From Chiloscyllium plagiosum (lineage: Eukaryota): DNA of 20,000 nucleotides. The stretch is from NCBI RefSeq assembly GCF_004010195.1, contig NC_057711.1, positions 83,103,111 through 83,123,110 of the forward strand, given 5' to 3'. Position numbers and translations under genes: made by a program. The notes below the pieces were generated by a model. That model made no database searches and was not told the DNA's origin. It worked only from the letters and a program-made list of their open reading frames with translations. Positions 11,301-20,000 of the stretch are shown piece after piece. The first letter of the stretch is position 1. The number at the start of each line of letters is the position of its first letter.

Positions 11301-11700
11301 GAATATAAAAGCAGGGATGTACTTCTGAGGCTCTATAAGGCTCTGGTCAGACCACAATTGGAGTATTGTTTGCAGTTTTGGGCCTCATATCTCAGGAAGG
11401 ATGTATTTGTCTTGGAGTGTGTTCAGAGGAGGTTACAAGAATGGTCCCAGAAATGAAAAACCTAACATATGGGGAATGTTTGAGGACTCTGGGCCAATGG
11501 AGTTTAGAAGGATGAGGGGGGATCTGATTGAAACATACAGAATACTGAATGACCTGGACAGAGTAGATGTTTCCATTGGAAAGAGAGACTAGGACCAAGG
11601 GCGCAGCATTAGAGTAAGGGGAAGACCTTTTAGAACGGAAATAAGGAGAAACTTCTTCAGCCAGAGAGCGATAAATCTATGAAATTCATTGCCACAGAAG
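11301..11700 (+). mobile_element. CR1 ORF2 C-terminal fragment (second module), without its tail
   Basis: [42 protein letters not shown] and RRNFFSQR; truncated at LPQK. Confidence 0.9.
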
Positions 11701-12279
11701 TTATGTTGCAGCTGTACAGGACATTGGTTCGGCCACTGTTGGAATATTGCATGTAATTCTGGTCTCCTTCCTATTGGAAAGATGTTGTGAAACTTGAAAG
11801 GGTTCAGAAAAGATTTACAAGAATGTTGGCAGGATCGGCAGATTTGAGCGATAGGGAGAGGCTGAGTAGACTGGGGGTATATTCGCTGGAGCATCAGAAG
11901 CTGAGGGCTAACCTTATAGAGGTTTATAAAATCATGAGGGGCATGGATACAGTAAATAGACAATATCTTTTCCCTTGGACGGAGGAGTCCAGAATTAGTG
12001 GGCAATGGTTTTAGGTGAGAGGGGAAAGATTTAAAAGGGACCTAAGGGGCAACTTTTTCATGCAAAGGGTGTTGTGTGTATGGAATGATCCGTTCAGAGG
12101 AAGTGATACAATAACAACATTTAAAATATATCTGATGGTTATATGAATATGAAGGGTTTAGAGGGATATGGGCCAAATGCTGGCAAATGGGAATAGATTT
12201 ATTTAGGATATCTGGTCGGCATGAATGAGTTGGACTGAAGGGTCTGTTTCCGTGCTGTACATTTCTATGACTCTATGAC
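11701..12279 (+). mobile_element. CR1 3' end with (CTCTATGA)n tail (third module)
   Basis: MLQLYRTLVRPLLEYCM...KLERVQKRFTRML...ANLIEVYKIMRG; ends TTTCTATGACTCTATGAC. Confidence 0.93.
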
Positions 12280-12964
12280 CCTATTAGATTCAGTCAGTCT
12301 CCTAAAATATAATTTTTTTAAAAAGCACTACTACTGTGCAGTGGAAAAAAACATAAACAGGAGGATCAGAGAGTCTCCTAATAAAGAGAGAGAAACAAAC
12401 TAGTAAATAAACAGGATATTAAGGAGATTTCCTCATTCTAGGGGACTGGCTTTGAGCTAATTAGTCATGTAGTATGCATGTGTGAATAAAGGGTGACTTG
12501 GTGACCGGATATCGGCTTCTGTGCAGTTATATCAACAGTAAACCAGACAAGACCCTCTTCCTGCTAAGATGAAACTATAGTCAATTCTCTAGCACTGTTA
12601 ACTAATTAAGCCCTTAGACCTAGTCAAGGAATAAAGTTAGTGGCAGTATTCTTCTACCTGCAAAGTCCCCATGGTGACCAGCAGAGCGTATTGTTGCTAA
12701 CGTAGCACAAGGTAGAACAGTGAAAAGAGCCACGAGATGAAATTTCTGGAAGACCAATTAAGTTTATATCTTTAAAGACCTTACTGCTTTAAGAATTGTT
12801 CATACAGTCAGTATCTAAGAGTGCTTGAACAAACAAGCAATCAGAAGGAACTGATGATAAGACTAGCAAGGAAAAAACAGCTTTCCAGGCTAAAGCTTCA
12901 GACCTGGTAAAAATCATGAAAGAAACAGTGGAATAGAAAGGATTTAAAGACTAATGACTAATGT

Positions 12965-13130
12965 TAATCTTGCTTTTTGTACATCTTTTCTGCAACTGTA
13001 ACTTAGTATTTCTTGCTCTGTTCAAGCACCATACGAACTTTGTATATTATGATCTGCCTATACTCTACACAAAACAAAACTTTTCGCTGTACAGAGTACA
13101 TCTGACAATAATAAATTAAATCATATCAAT
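12965..13130 (+). mobile_element. 3' tail of a Rex1/Babar-like LINE
   Basis: Ends CAAAACAAAACTTTTCGCTGTAC...TACATCTGACAATAATAAATTAAATCATATCAA (TGACAATAA followed by a decayed (AAATC)n tail). Assignment is by recognition of the tail only. Confidence 0.55.
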
Positions 13131-13709
13131 TGAAATCTGTCAATTATCGATTTCACAAAAAGAAGCATGGATGTTGAGGGGTATTAGAAAATCATCTAGG
13201 TAGTTAATGCATTGGAGCTCTAAGAGTAAAGTTAAAAGTCCCTGTTTGGTAAGGGGAACATCTTTAAATTAATGGTGCAAAATTTCCACTGATAAAGCTA
13301 AAAAAAGTATGCAAGTCACACTGAGTGTTGCTGCCATAGCAATCAAACACCAACAGGCCTGGCTACAGTTGGGGAATCAAGACATACTTTATACCATGCT
13401 TGTAACACTGTGAAAGTCACAAAAAAGTAAAGTAACAAAAGGAACAATTTAAAAGCTAAAGTAGGTAGAATCTACTTACGAGACATTTGAGACATGGTAA
13501 GAATTGGAGATTCATACTTTAAACCATTGTTCTACTTTGAAATCAGAATTCATAAGACAGAATTGTTGTTAGAACTATTATGTGTCTTTGGCAGGTTTAT
13601 TACAGTCTAAAAGAGACTTGACTTTGGAGAAAGTTATTCAGATGGTCTTCAAAGCAGAAACCCTGGCAAAATCACAGACAAATCCTGAGAGGAGGATGAC
13701 AAACATATG

Positions 13710-14210
13710 TTTTTAATTCATTTGTGGATTTGAGAATCCTTAGCTGGCTAGCATAAAGTGCACATTCCTAGCTGCCCTTGAGGAGGTGATGGTGAGCTGC
13801 CTCCTTGAACAAGTCTACTTACTGTAGGCTGACCCACAATGCCCTTAGGGAGGGAATTCCAGGATTTGACACAGTGACAGTGATGGAACAGTGATATATT
13901 TCCAAGTCAGGATGGTGAGGGACTTGGGAGGGGAACTTGCAATTAGTCATGTTCCTATGTATATTCTGTCTTTGTCTTTCTGGACAGAAGTGGTCATGGG
14001 TTTGGAAAGTGCTGTCTAAGGATCTTTGGTGAATTTCTGTAGTGCATCTTGCAGATAGTACAGCAAAGCAGATAGTACAGAGTGCTTCTGCTGAGATCAG
14101 TGTTGGAGGGAACGGACTTTTGTGGATGTGATGCCAGTCATGTGGGCTGCTTTGGCATGGATGATATCAATCTTCTTGAGTTTTGTTGGAGCTGCACCCA
14201 TCACAGGTCA
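13710..14210 (-). mobile_element. 3' end of a ZfL3/SINE3-tail-like LINE (same group as 1140-2270)
   Basis: Reverse-complement similarity to 1815-2270: TGCCCTTGAGGAGGTGATGGTGAGCTGCCTCCTTGAAC vs GTTCAAGAAGGCATCTCAATATCACCTTCCTAAGGGCA, and GTAGTGCATCTTG vs CAAGATGCACTGC. Confidence 0.85.
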
Positions 14211-14486
14211 GCAATGGACCATTTTATCATATATTAACATTCTAAAGAGTCACGTGTCATGCTAACGTGTCATGATACACCCCACAGGAGGTACTAAGAA
14301 TTTGTATAAAAGTTGAGTAATTAAATGGCCCTAGAAACATACATAGTACCCAGCTATGACAAAAGAATGGTACATTTGTAAAATTATATATCACATCTAG
14401 AAGATGAGTACAAGTAGAATACAACTATAGAGTAGCAAAATGTCAAACAACTGCTCAAAGATACTAATATGATAGAATCACCAACC

Positions 14487-14608
14487 ACTCAAGTCCCTTT
14501 TAAATCTTGCTCATCTCACCTTAAAATTATGCCCTGTAGTTTTTAACTCCCCTATCCTGGGGAGAAGACTTTTGCTATTCACCTTACCTATGCCCCTCAT
14601 GAGTTTAG
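14487..14608 (-). mobile_element. Small internal CR1 fragment
   Basis: High similarity to 15699-15820 (CTCAAGTCCC.TTAAATCTT...TTAAAATTATG...TTCACCTTACC.ATGC). Confidence 0.85.
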
Positions 14609-15019
14609 AAAAGATATCCATTGTATTTACTAGCAGGAATCGGTGATTTAATCAACTTGAGTTTGTCAAAGTGGGTTTATGTCAATAGACATCTTATTAG
14701 CTTTATCTTAATACAGGAGCAAGTGTCACTGTTTTATCAGATAGACATATAACTGTTTCATCAAATTACTTTAGCTGAAGAAACAGAAGTTATGCATACA
14801 GAGATAAGACTACATGGTTCAAATGGCATAACTTTCAAGATTAAATGTATATTGCAAATCACTCTGTGACATAAAGAGTATAGGACTGTTGAGAATATAA
14901 GTGATTTATAATTAACACTTCTCACCTTTCAGCCTCCATGCATATCTCATTCTCACATCCTTAAGTAGCAGAGATGTTTAACTAGTTCCAATAAACAATG
15001 AACAATTTAAAAGAAACCA

Positions 15020-16060
15020 AGTTACGCCAATACAATTCAAGTGATATTAGTCAAGCAAAATTTAGCAATGCAACAACTGGTAGAAGATTTTATTGGATTT
15101 CCTCAACTCATGGTGGAAGACAAAAAGCAGAAAGAATCTATTGAGATTAACTATGATGGCATAATAGAAATGTTTCACATAGCTGAGATGAACCAGTTGC
15201 CAGCAAGCCAAAACAAACTCAACTAACTTCAACAAGATCAAAAGACTGATGAAGATTATGTTGCCATTGTGCTGAAGGATGGCCAAACCATAAATCTAGT
15301 GAGTTGGCTGAAAATACGTACTTTGATCATCAAAAATGTTTCACAATCATAGCTGACTTATTATTGCATGAAAGAAGGCCAGTTATTCCAACTTCCCTTT
15401 GGGAGTATGTGCTAGAAAGTATACAATTTGAAATTCTTTGTGTGCACAGCCAGGGCTCAGTCAGTGGCATGATGGCCAGGGATAAAGTCATAGAGTCATA
15501 CAGAATGGAAACAGACCCATGTTGACCAAATTTTCCAAACTAAGCTCGTCCCATTTGTCTGCATTTAGCCCATATCCCTCTAACCCTTTTCTAACCATGT
15601 ACCTGTCCAAATGTTTTGTAAATGTTTTAAATGCACTGCATCTGCCACTTCCTCTAACGGTTCATTCCACATATGAACCATCCTCTCTGAAAAAAAATAC
15701 TCAAGTCCCTCTTAAATCTTTCACATCTCATCTTAAAATTATGTCCTCTAGTTTTGAACTCCCCTGTCCTGGGGAAAATACCTTTGCTGTTCACCTTACC
15801 CATGCTGCTCATGATTTTATAAACTTCTATAAGGTCACCTCTCAACCTCCTGCATTCCAGTCTATCCATCCTGTTCTTATAATTCAAACTCTCCAGTCCC
15901 ATTAACATCCTTGTAAATCTTTTCTGCACCCTGTCAAGTTTAATAATATCTTTTCTACAGCAAGGTGGCCAGAACTGTACACAGTACTCTAAAAGCGGCT
16001 TCACCAACATCCTGTAATTCACACTTAGAAATTGCTATCAACAATCACTTGTTAGAAAAC
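15020..16060 (+). mobile_element. Decayed Gypsy pol fragment (RNase H-integrase linker and H2C2 region) split by a CR1 at 15486-16016
   Basis: LPASQNKLN*LQQDQKTDE...EGWP...YFDHQKCFTIIADLLLHERRPVIPTSLWEYVLESI matches the pattern GWP...Y....ELT..D.LLL...R.VIP.SL...IL..IH. WPGI at 15473-15484 continues in frame as NSHLEIAINN after the CR1. Confidence 0.75.
15486..16016 (-). mobile_element. CR1 3' end (CTCTATGA-tail subfamily)
   Basis: Starts AGTCATAGAGTCATACAG. Minus ORF 15654-16022 reads LVKPLLEYCVQFW...RVQKRFTRML...RGDLIEVYKIM. Confidence 0.95.
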
Positions 16061-16088
16061 GTCACAAGTTTGGTGATTTTGGTACAAA

Positions 16089-16230
16089 ATGATTTGGAGA
16101 TGCCGGTGTTGGACTGGGGTGTACAAAGTTAAGAATCACACAACACCAGGTTATAGTCTAACAGGTTTAATCAGAAGCACTAGCTTTCGGAGCACTGTTC
16201 CTTCATCAGGTGGTTGTGGAGTATAAGATC
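16089..16230 (-). mobile_element. Short Penelope-like terminal-repeat fragment containing a minimal hammerhead ribozyme
   Basis: Minus strand reads ACCACCTGATGAAGGAACAGTGCTCCGAAAGCTAGTGCTT...AAACCTGTTAGACTATAACCTGGTGTTGTG, with the hammerhead core embedded. Family assignment is by recognition. Confidence 0.75.
16178..16212 (-). ncRNA. Minimal type I hammerhead ribozyme motif
   Basis: CAC-CUGAUGA-A-GGAAC(AGU)GCUCC-GAAA-GC-UA-GUG: intact CUGAUGA and GAAA boxes, stem I CAC/GUG, stem II with one A-C mismatch, palindromic AGCU stem III and a CUA cleavage triplet. Confidence 0.7.
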
Positions 16231-17137
16231 TTACAATCTTATTGTTGACCTCAGAACACAAGTTTTATTATCAAACTCTGGGCACTGTGCTATGTAAGGG
16301 TTTGGTATTTTTACACATTAGTGACTTATTTATATTTTAAATATGTAAATTAGCTTTTTAAATCATCAGCAATTCCAATAGAACCAAAACATCCCACCTC
16401 CAAAGCACTGTCCCACAACGCAGATATTCTGAACACATAACAACAAGAGTTCAAACAAAATGAGGTCAAAAGACTAGTTTTTAAATGCCCCCAAATTATC
16501 TTTCAAGGTTTGCTAGCAGCATTGACTTGGAGACAGCTGATAAGCCACACGCTATCTGGGAGGATTGCCAACTTGATTGCAAAAGTTTATAGGTAATTTC
16601 CTGCATAAAAAAAGAATATTGACAGTGCTTAAATTTAGCCAGAAGATTGATGTGAGAAATCTCTGAGGTTAACAGTAGCTCTTGCACCTTTCCACTTGCA
16701 AACACTCCCACCAAAATCCCTGTGGTCATTTACAGTCCTGTCTTGAGATGAGGCCTGGTGGCACAGGGTCTGCTGGAAGCTGTAGTTTGCAATGTCAAGA
16801 TCTCGAGAGAAATTGAAAATCTCAGAGCTCATTGTGAAGTTTGCAATTATTCATGAATGTCAGAAGTGGAAAACTGTCCTATCACCTATGAAAAAAAAAT
16901 GGCTGATGAAATGGCACAGGTTCAAAAGGAATATGTGAATTTTTAATCTTCCAAAGAAGAATCATCAATTCACTGACAGAGCTAAATCAGCAGCATTCCT
17001 CAAGTAGCGCAACTGAGGATGTGAACATTTTGAATTCACCAGAAGGGTAATCATAGAAGATAAATGAATCAAGCAGTTGAAGGAAAGAGTTCACAAAATT
17101 GATTTAAAGTAAAGCTTTGCTGACATAAAATGAAGAT

Positions 17138-17233
17138 GGAGAAAGTGAGGACTGCAGATGCTGGAGATCAGAGCTGAAAATTGTGTTGCTGGAAAAGGGC
17201 AGTAGGTCAGGCAGCATCCAAGGAGCAGGAGAA
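17138..17233. repeat. Partial copy of the PLE-derived short repeat family seen at 19186-19431
   Basis: GGAGAAAGTGAGGACTGCAGATGCTGGAGATCAGAG...GCTGGAAAAG...GGTCAGGCAGCATCCAAGGAGCAGGAG is the diverged reverse complement of ~19335-19427. It stops before the hammerhead core. Confidence 0.85.
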
Positions 17234-19185
17234 GCAGCAGCTTAGGACTCCATTGAAGCCACATCAGTTTCCACAGACTCAAGACATGGTAACATAACAG
17301 GAAGTAGTGACTCAGAGTTCCAGACTAGTACAAGGAAATACTTGTTTCTATTGAGTAGCCACCTTCCATGGTGGAAATGCGTGAGATTAAAGGTCTATAA
17401 ATTTCTCAGATACTACTATGGGACAACTATCTGTTTCAGTGCAGAAGTGGTCTTCTGTGACAGAAATGCAGGTGATTAAATATCCTCTAATAAGGTAATG
17501 GATTGACTACCTGGTTTAACAGGAATGCCATTCTTAATAAAAGACATCTAAGAAATAAAATGTCCTCCAGCAGAGAGGGTCCTCGTGGACCATACAGGGT
17601 CAAGAATAAAACCAAACTCAGCAAGCCAAATCCTTACAATCTTCTAAATCTGAAGGAAGATCTTCTGGGAGAATTGTGAAGCTTCTAAACTGCTCGATTT
17701 TAAGGTCATATGGAGGGCTGACAAATATCCACAGAGTAAATTAAACTCATTGTATCACTATTTTTTCTTAGTAACTTGTACCTAATTTTTAACATTCAAT
17801 AAACTACATTTTGTTTGAGGCAAGAACCTTTTCTTGTTAAAACTCAGCAGTAGATGATCCTCTACCAGTGCAAACTAAGTGGGTTCTCCAACCTAGTCAA
17901 AACAAGGGGCTGGAGGCAGCATCCTTCTGCCCAAAAATCCTCGAAGAACTGTTTACTAGTTACCTTGGTGTACATTAGTTAGTTACCAACATAAGGAAAG
18001 TACATTCAGTTGTTTTTATAAGGCACATATGAGTACACTAATACCTGAAATAACCTTAGTTATTTAAGCCTCACTGAAGCCATGCAACAGGGTGAAATTA
18101 ACAGAAAATTGCCGCCGTTATTTATGTAATCTGGATGGCCTGTGGGTGGGGTGTTTAAACTAATGCAGTGGATGGAGAAAACTGATTTGTATGGGATCTA
18201 GTATGCATTTGAAAATTCCAGCTTATTTGAGGTGGATAAATAGCTCTGACAATATTGGTACATTGTCGCAGAAACTTAGGTCAATGTTTCTGTCCTCTGT
18301 TGATTCAAATTTTATCTGCAATGGTGTCAGTGAACGTTGAAGAGTTGGCATAGCATGATAGTGCATACTCAGCACACACTAGCCACATTGAACAATAATA
18401 ACTTCAACCTCTTAATAAACACTTCAGGTTAACCTCACTATTTATTTACCACAGACATTCTGACCTTTGTGTAACCTCTCCAGAAAGATTGTCATTCCTT
18501 AATACTTAGCCACACTGGGATACTTTTCTTACCACAACAACTATTGCAGGCTTTTATTTTACACACAGCCAAGATAATAATAAATAAACTTTATCCATCA
18601 CGATTAAACTATTGTTTCAGAGGAAGAAGTTACAATAACATTAACAATCAACAGTGTGACTGTTTTGTGATGAAAATAGGAAAATGTCTGGGGAAAAGAA
18701 AGCTGTGAAGGTAAAAACGTGAAATTAAACTGTGAAATACTGCTGTATGAATGTTTAATGCATCTCCCTGATTTTTTTTACCAAAAGTGTTAGCCCATTT
18801 AAAATAAATGAGTTAACACCAAATTAGTATTCAGCTATCTAATTTGAGCCTAAGGGAATTAACAGAAAGATTAAAGAAAATTTTGTTTTTTTGATGCTAC
18901 TGTGTTAATTAGGTATTTTTCTCAGTGTGCCAGCTGTTAAAACATCTTTTGCATTCAGTTGGATGGTTTGTACTCAGTACAAAACCAATTTCTGTTTCCC
19001 TTTATTCATGTTGCTCAAACCCTCTTTCCTGTCCAGTTTACCTTTCATTTCATTCATGCTTTGAATTGACAAGCATGTTGCTGGTTGCAGAGTCACACAT
19101 TAACCCGTTACTAACTTTCATGTATGACTTATGAACACTGCAAAGCAACTTATTAATGGTTTTGGCTGAAGGACCCCTATTCCAG

Positions 19186-19431
19186 ACAGAGTCAAAAAAT
19201 GTGGTGCTGGAAAAGCACAGCCGGTCAGGCAGCATCCGAGGAGCAGGAGAGTTGACGTTTCGAGCATAAGCTCTTCATTGGGAATGAAGAAGAGCTTATG
19301 CTTCATGAAGAGCTTATGCTCGAAATGTCGACTCCCCTGCTCCTCAGATGCTGCCTGACCGGCTGTGCTTTTCCAGTGTCACTCTTTTTGACTCTGATCT
19401 CCAGAATCTGCAATCCTCACTTTCTCCTAGG
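19186..19431. mobile_element. Palindromic non-autonomous PLE-derived insertion with 15-bp TSD
   Basis: Inverted arms 19187-19278 and 19305-19396 (~92 bp, few mismatches) with a 26-bp spacer. Flanking direct repeats GGACCCCTATTCCAG (19171-19185) and GGACCTCTATTCCAG (19432-19446). Confidence 0.85.
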
Positions 19432-19566
19432 GGACCTCTATTCCAGTCTAACCCAGCACACTATTTTCGCTTAGGGGATCCCCAGCACACTACTTTCTCC
19501 CTCCAAACCCATGCATGACAATAAAATCTTTGGGGAGATAGGAAAAGGATTGAAAAAAATGCTACT

Positions 19567-20000
19567 TAGAGTCATAGAGTCATAGAGATGTACAGCATGG
19601 AAACAGACCCTTCAGTCCAACCTGTCCACACCGACTAGATATCCCAAACCAATCTAGTCCCACTTGCCAGCACCCGGCCCATATTCCTCCAAACTCTTCC
19701 TATTCATATACCCATCCAAATGCCTCTTAAATATTGCAATTGTACCAGCCTCCACCACATCCTCTGGCAGCTCATTCCACACACATAACACCATCTGTGT
19801 GAAAAAGTTGCCGCTTAGGTCTCTTTTATATCTTTCCCCTCACACCCTAAACCTATGCCCTCTAGTTCTGGACTCCCCAATCCCAGGGAAAAGACTTTGT
19901 CTATTTACCCTATCCATGCCCCTTATAATTTTGTAAACCTCTATAAGGTCACCCCTCAGCCTCTGACGCTCCAGGGAAAACAGCCCCAGTCTGTTCAGCC
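19567..20000 (-). mobile_element. CR1 3' end (CTCTATGA-tail subfamily), runs off the window
   Basis: Starts AGAGTCATAGAGTCATAGAGATGTACAGCATGGAAACAGACCC; close reverse complement of ~11870-12279. Confidence 0.95.

Larger units (their letters stand above)
8282..12534 (+). mobile_element. Short solo LTR (halves ~8282-8390 and ~12353/12407-12534) split by a ~4 kb CR1 composite
   Basis: Starts TGTAG (8282) and ends ATCA (12534). Flanks CCAGT (8277-8281) and ACAGT (12535-12539) form a 4/5 TSD. The left half has CCAAT (8354) and TATAAA (8380); the right half has AATAAA (12485). ATAAACAGGA is repeated at the breakpoints. Confidence 0.75.

Noticed and set aside
13461..13496. Imperfect palindrome GTAGGTAGA-A-TCTACTTAC and adjacent GAGACAT direct repeat
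   Set aside because: Too short to distinguish from chance.
14051..14081. Small tandem duplication GCAGATAGTACAG x2 (similar ones at ~5220 and ~14252)
   Set aside because: Ordinary slippage duplications; no array or CRISPR-like repeat-spacer structure.
18667..18771. Box C (GTGATGA) and box D (CTGA) at snoRNA-like spacing
   Set aside because: No terminal stem and no recognisable rRNA/snRNA guide; such motifs are frequent by chance.
18050..19130. Long apparently repeat-free stretch as a possible enhancer or conserved element
   Set aside because: No feature can be supported from a single sequence; comparative data are needed.

Overview
Repeat-dominated eukaryotic DNA, almost certainly intronic or intergenic vertebrate sequence. 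From my recognition of the repeat families it is most likely a cartilaginous fish (shark); this is inference, not a database result. No intact protein-coding gene, rRNA, tRNA or CRISPR array is supported, and the listed ORFs are decayed retroelement fragments or their antisense shadows. Contents: (1) many CR1-clade LINE copies, including a ~3.9 kb composite with 5'UTR, ORF1 (zinc-finger/coiled-coil plus SGNH esterase) and APE endonuclease fused to two different 3' ends, inserted in a solo LTR; (2) two decayed Gypsy-type pol/integrase relics; (3) a second probable solo LTR; (4) two copies of a ZfL3/SINE3-tail-like LINE; (5) Rex1-like and Tx1/L1-like tails; (6) several Penelope-like (PLE) derived pieces. 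The most interesting signal is three sequence-distinct PLE-type repeats carrying minimal hammerhead-ribozyme cores. One has an intact catalytic core (16178-16212, minus). Another is a ~245 bp palindromic insertion with a 15-bp target-site duplication and two decayed cores in opposite orientation (19186-19431). PLE hammerheads are known biology; whether these families are undescribed cannot be judged from the sequence alone.
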